A DNA stretch of 45,778 nucleotides from Pricia sp. (GTDB lineage: Bacteria; Bacteroidota; Bacteroidia; Flavobacteriales; Flavobacteriaceae): assembly GCA_049683055.1 (NCBI GenBank), contig JBAUIP010000209.1:1-45778 (forward strand). The letters are read 5' to 3'. Under the pieces are notes generated by a model. The model was not told where the DNA came from. It made no database searches and was given only the letters and a program-made list of their open reading frames with translations. Of this stretch, positions 25,401 through 32,336 are shown piece by piece (the stretch's first letter is position 1; every line of letters starts with the position of its first letter). Made by a program: the position numbers and the translations under genes.

Positions 25401-27449
25401 GGAATCCGCATTGTCATAGGTCACCTGCGCCGCCGTCTGGTCGTCGGTGCCGTCAAAGGAAGTGGTCGTATTGTCCTCCGATACATAGTCGAATACGCCG
25501 TCGGAGTCCGCATCGTTCAATGTGGTGACCGTCTCGTTAATATCGACCGGCGTAATGCCCGGCTCTGAAATCGTGGCGATCCGGCTGCCCGTCTTCGTGT
25601 TCGTAACGCTAACGTCATCGTCCGCGAGACCGTCGACATAGGCCTTCGTGGCCGCATCCTGTGCACCGGTCGGGTCGGCAAGCCCTGTAATCGAAAGGCC
25701 GGCAGCGTTGTTGCCGTCCGCCAATACCTCGCCAAGGTTCTGTATTTCGTTCGTATCGCTGAAATCGCCATCCCGGATATCTACAAGGGCGTTGGAACCT
25801 CCGCTTATGGTCACTTCTACGCTTTGGTCGGCTACACCGCCGGTGCCTATGCCCAAGTTTTGGTTATCGGTGTTCTGGTTCTGAAGGCTACTTAAATCTG
25901 CCGTGGCCGTACTACCGTTTTCAATGGCCACAGTAAGCGCACCCGTACCGGTATTGAAGAGCGTATTGAGGTCGTCCATATTCTGATTGTCCGTTCCGTC
26001 AAAGGAGGTCGTTGTACCATCCTCCGATACATAGTCGAATACGCCGTCGGAGTCCGCGTCGTCCAATGTCGTCACCGTCTCGTCGATATCCACGTCAGTG
26101 ATTCCCGGCTCGGAAATTGTAGCAATTGTGTTTCCACCTGTAACTGTAGTGACTACGCTAATGTCGTCGTCGGAGATCGACGAGACATCAATCAACACCC
26201 ATGAACTGGTTCCGGCATCCCATTGCATCAGTTGACCGTCGGCCGTTCCGTTCGCCAGCTTCGCAAGTGTTACGGCTTCGTCGGCAAGTTCGTTCGTATC
26301 GATACCGCCCGTGGCTACCCTAAGCTGAAGGGGATCACCGGCATCTCCGGCTCCTGACAGCATTAAAGTTCCATTACTTACACCTGTTACTTCATTACCA
26401 ATGATACCGTCGGTTTCGGTTACCGTTACGGAAGAAAGGTCTATGAGTACCCATGACGATGTTCCGGCATCCCATTGAATGACTTGGCCATCGGCGGTTC
26501 CGTTCGCTATATTTTCCAATTGGACCGCTTGATCCGCAATTTTTGTGTTGTCAATAGCATCAGCGGCTATCTTGGCTCTGGTGACCGCAAGGTCGTTGAT
26601 CTCGTCTGTCTGTACTGCATTATTAGTCAAATCTATGACCCCAGTATTGGTTATGGTAGCATCGCCACTGGCGGTAACGCCCGTTGCGGTATTCGTTGCA
26701 TCCCCCACATAAATTTGTCCGTCATTTAGCGTGGACACACCGGTTACTTGGGCATCAACATAAGTTTTTGTTACTGCATCCGAGCCAGCGACGGGAGCGC
26801 CTAAATTCGTGATAACCGCCCCATTGGCGTCGGCACCTTCCGCTAAAACCTCCGATAGATTTTGATTGTCGGTGTTCACCAAATTAGCGATATCGGCCAG
26901 CGCGATGGTAAAACGATTTGTATCACTATCCGTTATCACCAAGTTTGTGTTGGTCGCATCTATTTCAAAAGTGGATATCGTGGTGTTGGTATCAACTCCG
27001 GCAACGATATCCGATAGAGGAACGGATACCGTACCCATTTCACTATCCGTAATGACCAAGTTCGAACCTATTACCTCTATCCTATCATTGGTCGTATTCG
27101 TATCCGTAAAAGAATCCTGTAAATCGCTAAGGTTTACACTGACCGTTCCGCCGTTTTGTAAGCCCAAGGTCAACAAATTGGTAGCAGGATCGAAAGTAAA
27201 GCCCTGCAGTTGCTGACTATCCGAAGAAGTCAACCTCCAAGCCCCACCATCCCAAAAATAGATGGTACCGGTATTAGTGTTTACATAGATATCCCCTATA
27301 TCGGCTCCCCCTGGAGTGGTCATACCTGCGGCCGTAACCGCGGTGCCGCTTAGCACCTCGCAGTTGCATTGGTCTTCCAAGGTGACCGTAGTCTGGGCCA
27401 TGGCGACGCAAGTGATTAGAAAAATGGTAATGAAAAGTAGGTTTTTCAT
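16491..27449 (-). CDS. Giant (~3650 aa) secreted repeat protein, predicted trimeric fibre-like adhesin without a T9SS CTD
   Basis: Start re-called to ATG 27449 (MKNLLFITIFLITCVAMA-Q). Recurrent DAATKAYVD, xALxEL, YTAG[ND]GL, AVTxAKIA and G[IV]GTTxP motifs; ends ...NSLINVVFVVK. ORF is certain, function is inferred. Confidence 0.85.
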   Translation of the reverse strand: MKNLLFITIFLITCVAMAQTTVTLEDQCNCEVLSGTAVTAAGMTTPGGADIGDIYVNTNTGTIYFWDGGAWRLTSSDSQQLQGFTFDPATNLLTLGLQNGGTVSVNLSDLQDSFTDTNTTNDRIEVIGSNLVITDSEMGTVSVPLSDIVAGVDTNTTISTFEIDATNTNLVITDSDTNRFTIALADIANLVNTDNQNLSEVLAEGADANGAVITNLGAPVAGSDAVTKTYVDAQVTGVSTLNDGQIYVGDATNTATGVTASGDATITNTGVIDLTNNAVQTDEINDLAVTRAKIAADAIDNTKIADQAVQLENIANGTADGQVIQWDAGTSSWVLIDLSSVTVTETDGIIGNEVTGVSNGTLMLSGAGDAGDPLQLRVATGGIDTNELADEAVTLAKLANGTADGQLMQWDAGTSSWVLIDVSSISDDDISVVTTVTGGNTIATISEPGITDVDIDETVTTLDDADSDGVFDYVSEDGTTTSFDGTDNQNMDDLNTLFNTGTGALTVAIENGSTATADLSSLQNQNTDNQNLGIGTGGVADQSVEVTISGGSNALVDIRDGDFSDTNEIQNLGEVLADGNNAAGLSITGLADPTGAQDAATKAYVDGLADDDVSVTNTKTGSRIATISEPGITPVDINETVTTLNDADSDGVFDYVSEDNTTTSFDGTDDQTAAQVTYDNADSGLASGNVKTALDELDTEKENIANKSTDTNLGNSDTDYPTQNAVKTYVDAQVNGATTLNDGQIFVGNPSNTATGVTASGDATISNTGVIDLSDDAVETNEIADLAVTNAKIGADAIDNTKLADDAVRLENIADGTLDGQVIQWDAGTSEWTLVDLGSVTVTENDGIVGNEVTGVSNGTLTLSGAGSTSDPLQLRVSAGGIDTNELADESVTLAKLADGTTDGQLMQWDATTTSWILIDVSSISDDDVSVTNTTATGNRIATISEPGITPVDVNESITTLSTADNTTYTFTSEDDTTTSFDGTDDQDADEVDIDDAGNNFTATEVEGALAELAGRADADTQYTAGNGLALDGSNEFTADVSIAPGNAISVDADGLFATDTNTEYTAGNGLELTGTEFSAEASPDTGNALEVRANGLYATDTDTQLSDSQVATAVNSEFPDLDTDSTDDFDGEWSSLLNVPAGFADNVDNVDDADSNPANEIQNIEEVLTDGNNANGLVLTGLGAPTAASDAATKAYVDALDTNDQDLGIGTGGVAGQSVEVTITDGASATVDVRDGDSDATNERNTAFAVANDGTQDVLRISDSGGNLDVPLSNIGSDDQDLELNSSNILSLTNDVTTVDLNPYVNDDTNELTDLSLTGNTLTLTNPATGTNSVTLPGADGTETRVTAGTDISVTGDGSSATPYVIASTFTENTTNELQDLNLTGDNLTLSNDPTATPIDLSDYTETVVGTNDITVTSDGAGNYTVDYVDGDMDPTNELTTTGTGGPSGTPANGTTYVDTDTGQLYVYDGIWQQVGGSATPAADIVTTLSSADNITYTYTSENNTTTSFDGTDDQNASQVAIADGANNFTSSNVEDALAELAGNSTDDQDADEVPIDDTANNFTATEVEGALAELAGRTDNDTQYTAGDGLDLTGTVFSADISTTAGNALTIDADGLYVSDTDNVDDADANPANEIQNIEEVLADGNDANGRVLTGLGAPTAASDAATKAYVDALDTDDADSNPSNEIQTLTSTDGSVTLTNPLPNDYNLSVNFPANNDNSATNELSDLDLTGDILTLTNRATPTNQVDLSPYLNTDDQDADEVGIDDAGNNFAATEVEGALAELAGRTDDDVSITNTVTGNRIATISEPGITPVDIAETVTTLGDPDSDGVFDYESEDGTTTSFDGTDDQTSAQVTYDNSGSGLTAVNVKAALDELDSDITDSELTTTVVEGPGTDVAASVVDNNTQYTVSAEISTTAGNALTIDADGLYVSDTDNDTQYTAGNGLDLTGTIFSADVSTNAGNALTIDGDGLYVPDTDNVDDADANPTNEIQNIEEVLADGNDANGLVLTGLGAPTAASDAATKAYVDALDTNDQDLGIGTGGVAGQSVEVTITDGASATVDVRDGDFDATNERNTALVVANDGTQDVLRISDSGGNLDVPLSNIGSDDQTAGEVTVADSGNNFTTDNVEAALAELAGRTDADTQYTAGDGLDLTGTIFSADISTTAGNALTIEADGLYVSDTDNVDDADSNPSNEIQTLTSTDGSVTLTNPLPNDYNLSVNFPTNNDNSATNELSDLDLTGDILTLTNRATPTNQVDLSPYLNTDNQVISSTVVTPNQTVNIALVRGGDTTIDIRDGDSSDTNEIQTAAQVTYDNSGSGLTAGNVEAALDELDGRTDADTQYTAGNGLDLTGTVFSADVSTTAGNALTIDGDGLYVPDTDNVDDADANPTNEIQNIEEVLADGNDANGLVLTGLGTPTAASDAATKAYVDALDTDDQDLGIGTGGVAGQSVEVTITDGTSATVDVRDGDSDATNERNTAFAVANDGTQDVLRISDSGGNLDVPLSDIGSDDQDADEVNIDDAGNNFTATEVEGALAELAGRTDDDVSVTNTVTGNRIATISEPGITSVDIAETVTTLSTSDNIIYTYESENGTDTSFDGTDDQTAAQVTYDNTDSGLSAGDVKAALDELDSDITDSELTTTVVEGPGTDVVASVVDNNTQYTVSAEISSTADNALSIAADGLYVTDNDTQYTAGDGLDLTGTEFSADISTNAGNALNIDGDGLYATDDQDADEVNIDDSANNFTATEVEGALAELAASNAADNDTDATNERNTAFSVANDGTRDVLRLTDSGGDLDVPLSDIGSDDQNAGEVTFNDAIATLGETDVQGAIEALAGRTDADTQYTAGNGLDLVGTVFSADVSTNAGNALSIDGDGLYVPAIDGSETVLDNGTNTVVNGSGTSADPYTVDVPDNTDSQDLRFTGGEITLTGDPDNTVIDLSGYDTDATDDFDGEWSSLLNVPAGFADDIDNVDDADSDPANERNTAFAVANNGTQDVLRLTDSGGDLDVPLSSIGSDDQQLDDPGTEFDAGTGALTVALENGGTATADLSSLQNQNTDDQTASEVTYDNTDSNLSAINVKAALDELDADIAASNTADADRIIGNEVTNTTNGTLTRSGTGTAGSPYTLGVSDGGINTTQLANNAVTSAKIANNAVTTAKIADNAVTNAKIANNAVTTTKIASGGNDKVLTTGATGTVTWADKSTLNTDNQAISSTVVTPNQTVNIALVRGGDTDIDIRDGDSSDTNEIQTAAEVNYDNTDSGLSAGNVKAALDELDGRADNNTNLATDNLTQDAETRTYDMNGEDLNFNNGSFGVGTTNPSGTFEARSALNQDAFYFVQEEGLFGEKDVFTIEDQDRGGGGQSHSSILKVFKNNDIFFEADGFSLVELTSIGTDPGANKYWISGRKVDEGAPLWGVDINDNDFWSEGGITLGAIGAADGTYSGGNFRVNSNGDTGIGTTSPDARLDVEGGTVRFSDYGAGTINGTETFLLGVEADGDVIEVNAANVGTDDQFDDEVELRTPIDVDDAGKATVTNETNVQEVIEAIAPITSKAARIFYPPSIAVDASSSGTGRTINLYSQYTAQFATPAVASAGAPAAIPTYSANELYYYVTEFDTSVFANVSVSATGIMTYDVIAQPADYNSLINVVFVVK
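17907..18045 (-). repeat. Tandem 30-bp / 10-aa repeats (xNAVTxAKIA)
   Basis: Protein reads QLANNAVTSAKIANNAVTTAKIADNAVTNAKIANNAVTTTKIA. Confidence 0.85.
19904..24000 (-). repeat. Dispersed near-identical DNA blocks within the giant gene
   Basis: ~400-bp block at about 19904, 21115 and 23607; ~236-bp block at 20651-20886 and 22181-22416 with few mismatches. Confidence 0.85.
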
Positions 27450-27728
27450 GACTTTTACTTTGCTTAAAATCGTATCGTTCAAACTGGTTGTTTATTTTCC
27501 TCCGCGGTAAATTGCACCGCATACGGATTTTTCAAATGTGTTCAAGCTGAATACTTTTCCGGAAAGTCGGCCCGCGAAAGGGCACAGTTGCCATATTGAG
27601 GTGGACGTGAAAACATCCTTTTGGCTACTTGGTCTTCTAGGCGAAAACCTGAGTTTGGTTCGGTTAAGTTACTCATGCTTTGGGTGGTGCAATTCCGTTT
27701 TTTGGGGGAACGGCGTAATTACACGTTA

Positions 27729-27794
27729 TAAAATTAGCTCTATGACGACCGTCTGAAAAATTATTGTTGTGTAACGGTCATTATCTATGGTATA
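27729..27794 (-). promoter_or_regulatory. Putative promoter with direct-repeat operator for the giant-fibre operon
   Basis: Minus strand: TATACCATA (27786-27794), TACACAACA (27765-27773), and -7-like TAATTTTA (27729-27736). Confidence 0.55.
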
Positions 27795-27927
27795 CCTACG
27801 GAAAAATGAAGTGTCAGTTCTTTTTAAGGGGATGTCGATCGTCGAAAAGTCCAATAAATTCGCTGACTGACAGGATGTTAAAAAGTAGGAAAAGACCTAT
27901 AAAGTGATTTTGCGGAGAGGATGCCCA

Positions 27928-30900
27928 TCAATTTTTCTTGACCCTATGGGTGATTCTTCGATTGGTAATTACGGTGTTCACCTGCACGGTCAAAATGGCC
28001 TGGTCGGAGGTTTCGACGACACAGATGAAGGTAGAACTTTCCACGACCACGCGATAGCGATTTCCGTTTTCGGAGGAGGATGCATTGGTCAACGTCAGGA
28101 TATTTGTTGAAGTACCGCTGTAGATTCCGGTATCGGTAAGATCTATCCATCCGGAGCCATCAAATAGCTGCCATTGGTAGGTATCCGCGTCTGATGCCGT
28201 CACCGAAAAGGTGATACTGCAACCGGGACATCCGTCTACATCATTGGGTTGAACTGTAATCGACGGGGCGGTGCCTGCTTCCTTAAAATCGTAAATGCCA
28301 TTATTGTCGGCATCTTCCGGGGTTTGGTAGGAAGCTGCATTGACCGCCCCGTTGGCATCGACCGTCGGAATTCCCGAACCGTAAAAGCCATTATCGTCCA
28401 GATCGGCATCCGGATTCCCGTACGCTTCATCGGCATCGTTACAGCCATCGTTATCGCTATCTGCATCCAAATAATCATAAATACCATCCCTATCCGTATC
28501 CCCACCGGCAGTCCAAATAATGGCATTCATCAAAATGTTTGCTCCCCTATTGTTAAATCCGCCGTTCGAATTGGAATGAGGTACAATCGTCCTTCTTCCA
28601 GGAGCGATTCCTGCATCCATTGCATCTCCGGTCTCCCAGACAGCAATGGATACTTCCCCATTGGGATGGAGACCGAGCACTGTACCGGAGGCAAGGTTGT
28701 TCGCACGGAACGACGCATCACCAATATCGTTGTTCCCCAAATTCAGTCCCCGGGTAATAGGATGTGTATCATTGGTGATGTTTACAATGTTCGTTACCGT
28801 GGTCGCCCCTTGGTTGGCTCCTAGCAGGTCATCGTACAAGAAAGTTTCGCTTGTTAAAACGCCTTTGGTCGTCGTGGCCAGATTGGCGACGTTTGCCAAG
28901 GCCGTACCGCTGACGGCATCCTCATATATAAAAGTGACATCGAAGTTATCCGCATCACCACCAACGCCATCGTCCACAACTGAGACACTATGGCCTAAAG
29001 CTATCAGCTTGTCGATCGTATTCTGTTCTTCAGGTGCGGCACCCCCATCGGTAACCCACAAAATGGATAGCGGAGGATTTTCTACCGTATCCAGAATACC
29101 ATCGTTGTCATCGTCTATATCGTCAATGTCCAATATATCATCGCCATCAGAATCATAAGAAACGTAAAGGGTAGCCACTGAGGAAACGGTCGGGGCACAT
29201 GCGTTGCTGCCATCGCTAGTCGTTACCCTATATTGATTTCCATTGTCCCATATATCCGCAATGAACGAGTAATCGGCGTTCGTGGCACCGGGGATATCGT
29301 TAAAACTTGATCCGCCATCAGTACTTTGCTGCCATTGATAGACAAGATTTGTTCCGGTAGCGGTGACGGAAAATGTGGCGTTAGCGCCATCTTCAACGGT
29401 CTGATTCACAGGCTGTGCGCTTATGGTTGCCGGTTCTACCATAGTGATACTGGTCACATCGGAGATATTTAGGACCGGATCGCCTGGCATGCCCCCGTAT
29501 TCTACTACGTAGCCTTGAGGTTGGTAATCCCCGGAATTGGCCCCTGTATTGGACAAATCGTTCCAAGATCCATTCGGGTTGACGTTCGGGTGGGTAATAT
29601 GTGCATAATCTTCGTTGCCTTGTTGATTGGGCTCATTGGTGTTCCAAAACGCGAAATTCGGGGAGCTGCCCCCGACGGCTCCGTTCCAGAAATTCAGTCC
29701 GGCTTCCGGGCCGGTCACCCACTCCCAAACACCTTCGGTCGCTGCATCGCTGCCACCGATCCATCCGGTGCCGGCGGCCTGGGTTCCCGAAAAATTGGCT
29801 TCCTCCTGAGAGGTCAAGGTCGCCAGATAGCCTTGAAGTCCGAAGTACGTACTTGCATTTGCTGCGGCATTGGCATCCGTCCAAGTAATTCCTATATCAT
29901 CGATGTACCTATAGTAGTGTCCGGTTGCGGGCAAATAGTTGGCCTCGCCCACGGTTATCGAAAACTGTCGCCATCCGGTCGGGGCCGCGGCACTGCTCGA
30001 ATATTCGATGGCAAGGATGGCGGCTTCGAATTCCGAATAGGTCGCCGGCCCGGTAAGAGTGAGTTCTCCTTCCAACGCATTCCAACTAGCCGTGATATTG
30101 GGATGCGATCCCGTCAAAGTCAATAAATCCTCCCCGGTGATATACCCCGAAGATATCTGAATATAGATAGCCGTGGTGGTGGTATCATCGGAATCGGTGA
30201 TACTGATGCTCTCGGCAATCGGAATGGAAAAGCCCGGACAATAGTCCTGATCACCCTCGGCATCGACCGTAGGAGGCATGTCATTGACCGTTAAAATGGC
30301 AGGTTGCGAGGTACGCTCACTGCATATGTTGTTTTGGTTTCGAACCTGTACGCGGTACCTATTCCCGTCCTGACTACCCGCTACGTTGGTCAAGGTCAGT
30401 GAATTCGAGGTTTCCCCTGTCAGCATGGAATAACTTCCACCTCCGTTGGTGCTTACGTACCATTGATAGACCAGACTACTTCCTGTTACAGAAACGGAAA
30501 AATTAGCGGTATCGCCAGAATCAACGGTCTGATTCTGGGGTTGCGACGCTATCGTTACCGCTCCCCCGGATTGTAGAAAATTAGGGGTACCGTTGCCATC
30601 GGTATCCGCTGGTTCGGAATACGATGCGCCGACTACTTTTCCCTCGCTATCCACCGTAGGGTTTCCGCTACCAAAGCGTCCGTTATTATCGGCATCGGTA
30701 TTCGCATTATTATAGGCTTCATCGGCATCGTTACAGCCATCTCCATCGCTATCAGTATCCATCCGGTTGATCGTACCATCATTGTCGGTATCGCAGGTAC
30801 CGTTGTACATAGCGGTCATTTGTGCGGCCGATAGGGCGATAGGGTAATGTACCAACTCGTCCATCAGGCCTTCGAAGTAATTCCCCGTACCTTCACCGAA

Positions 30901-32145
30901 GGCATCCGACCCTTCCGTTCTTCCAAAGTGCTGTCCGTCACCATGGTTGGCCAATGACCCAAACCCTGTGTTTAGGGTGTTGCTCGCCGTACCGTCGAAA
31001 TATAGGGTCACGGCACCATTGGCGTAGGTAATCCCGATATGGTGCCACTGGTCGTCGATGGGAAAGGTAAAACTCGACGTACTTACCTGACTTCCGCCCC
31101 CACCTTCTCGAATGGCACTTTCAAGGGTGTTTCCGTTCAAACGGATGGTAATGCCAGTGCCCGAACCGCCTTCTTCCATTAGCGTTTGAGTGCCCGTTAA
31201 GTTGGCGGGCTTTACCCAAAAGGAATAGCTAAAGTTCGTTATTTGCTGATTCAGGAAGGTGCCGTCGCTGTATCTCAGGTATTGGAGATTTCCATCAAAA
31301 GAGGCCGAACGTAGTCCTTTCCGGCTGTCCGCGGAGAAACCTACGGTGCCGTTGGTAGCATTGTGGCCGTTTCCGGATACATCATTCGAAGAATTCTCCA
31401 AATCCCAGTGAGCGTCGAAGCCGGGAACATCAGGACCACAGGTTTCTTCATGGGCGTCTAGGATGCCATCGTTATCATCATCGAGGTCCGCAGTGTCCGG
31501 AACTCCATCCATATCAGTGTCTGCCGGCAAATCTGCGGTAATTGTCAAGACCGGTGCCCCTGAGACGCTGCCGTTGTAAGACTCAGCAGTCCTTTCACCC
31601 GTACCACGGATAAAGAAAGCCATGGAATTCCCGCCGTTCCAGCCGGCCCTATTGACAATCTCCTGAACTATCGCTGTGAGGGCGGGAGTACGTTGATCCG
31701 CAACTGCTTGGCCCACGTTATTCCATTCAGGTATATTGTTCCATGAGACCGTGGCCGTAGTCTGCGTCCGACCGCTAAGATTGGCGTTCACCGCGGCAAA
31801 AGTTGCGGCATTGTTCGCGTCTTCACCCCTAATGTTTACCGATGTCGCACCATTATTGGTCTCGTCGACAGTAAACTGAATGTAAGCATTTAGGATAGTA
31901 GTTCCCTGGGGGATATTGATGTTTTGAAAGCGAATACCTACAATTTGATCGTTCCCGTTATCGCTGCCCAGTTCCAGATCGGTACTGTTCAAATTCACAC
32001 TGGTGTCGGACGAGCGTTCTTCGGCATCGTCGCTACTCCGTGAGATCTGGGAGTTATAGGTCACCTGGGCGGAGGCCATGAACGTACCTGCCCAAAGAAA
32101 TAGGGGCAAAAGAAGTTTATATGGGGATATCTTCCGCTTTTGCAT
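27928..32145 (-). CDS. ~1405-aa secreted modular adhesin: SDDAEE-type N-domain, LamG-like, Ig-like, C-type lectin-like; ends [15 protein letters not shown]
   Basis: Signal ending ASA-Q; LamG-like [21 protein letters not shown]; lectin-like [27 protein letters not shown]. Start is ATG 32145 or TTG 32160. Confidence 0.87.
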   Translation of the reverse strand: MQKRKISPYKLLLPLFLWAGTFMASAQVTYNSQISRSSDDAEERSSDTSVNLNSTDLELGSDNGNDQIVGIRFQNINIPQGTTILNAYIQFTVDETNNGATSVNIRGEDANNAATFAAVNANLSGRTQTTATVSWNNIPEWNNVGQAVADQRTPALTAIVQEIVNRAGWNGGNSMAFFIRGTGERTAESYNGSVSGAPVLTITADLPADTDMDGVPDTADLDDDNDGILDAHEETCGPDVPGFDAHWDLENSSNDVSGNGHNATNGTVGFSADSRKGLRSASFDGNLQYLRYSDGTFLNQQITNFSYSFWVKPANLTGTQTLMEEGGSGTGITIRLNGNTLESAIREGGGGSQVSTSSFTFPIDDQWHHIGITYANGAVTLYFDGTASNTLNTGFGSLANHGDGQHFGRTEGSDAFGEGTGNYFEGLMDELVHYPIALSAAQMTAMYNGTCDTDNDGTINRMDTDSDGDGCNDADEAYNNANTDADNNGRFGSGNPTVDSEGKVVGASYSEPADTDGNGTPNFLQSGGAVTIASQPQNQTVDSGDTANFSVSVTGSSLVYQWYVSTNGGGSYSMLTGETSNSLTLTNVAGSQDGNRYRVQVRNQNNICSERTSQPAILTVNDMPPTVDAEGDQDYCPGFSIPIAESISITDSDDTTTTAIYIQISSGYITGEDLLTLTGSHPNITASWNALEGELTLTGPATYSEFEAAILAIEYSSSAAAPTGWRQFSITVGEANYLPATGHYYRYIDDIGITWTDANAAANASTYFGLQGYLATLTSQEEANFSGTQAAGTGWIGGSDAATEGVWEWVTGPEAGLNFWNGAVGGSSPNFAFWNTNEPNQQGNEDYAHITHPNVNPNGSWNDLSNTGANSGDYQPQGYVVEYGGMPGDPVLNISDVTSITMVEPATISAQPVNQTVEDGANATFSVTATGTNLVYQWQQSTDGGSSFNDIPGATNADYSFIADIWDNGNQYRVTTSDGSNACAPTVSSVATLYVSYDSDGDDILDIDDIDDDNDGILDTVENPPLSILWVTDGGAAPEEQNTIDKLIALGHSVSVVDDGVGGDADNFDVTFIYEDAVSGTALANVANLATTTKGVLTSETFLYDDLLGANQGATTVTNIVNITNDTHPITRGLNLGNNDIGDASFRANNLASGTVLGLHPNGEVSIAVWETGDAMDAGIAPGRRTIVPHSNSNGGFNNRGANILMNAIIWTAGGDTDRDGIYDYLDADSDNDGCNDADEAYGNPDADLDDNGFYGSGIPTVDANGAVNAASYQTPEDADNNGIYDFKEAGTAPSITVQPNDVDGCPGCSITFSVTASDADTYQWQLFDGSGWIDLTDTGIYSGTSTNILTLTNASSSENGNRYRVVVESSTFICVVETSDQAILTVQVNTVITNRRITHRVKKN

Positions 32146-32214
32146 GGCGTAGGTAATCAATAGGTTAGGGTAACTTTGGGATAAAAATCAGCTTATCAAA
32201 GCTTCTTCTTGTTA

Positions 32215-32280
32215 CAAAGTTAGCCTTGCTCGGCCCTTTGAAAAAAAATATGTTGTGAAAACCGTGGCAGGTGTGGTAAA
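32215..32280 (-). promoter_or_regulatory. Promoter with direct-repeat operator
   Basis: Minus strand: TTTACCACA (32272-32280), TTCACAACA (32251-32259), and -7 TAACTTTG (32215-32222). Confidence 0.65.
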
Positions 32281-32336
32281 GGGTTGCAAATCAAGTTTTC
32301 AATTGCGAAGCATCGGATATAATTACCATTCGTCGA

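Noticed and set aside
17570..25700. Repeats as a CRISPR array, a DGR, or a prophage tail-fibre gene
   Set aside because: Repeats are in-frame coding modules without unique spacers; no cas, reverse transcriptase or phage genes; the protein has a Sec signal peptide.
32171..32222. 8-bp inverted repeat TAACTTTG...CAAAGTTA as an invertible promoter or opposing promoter
   Set aside because: Too short, no recombinase nearby, and not present at the two sister promoters.
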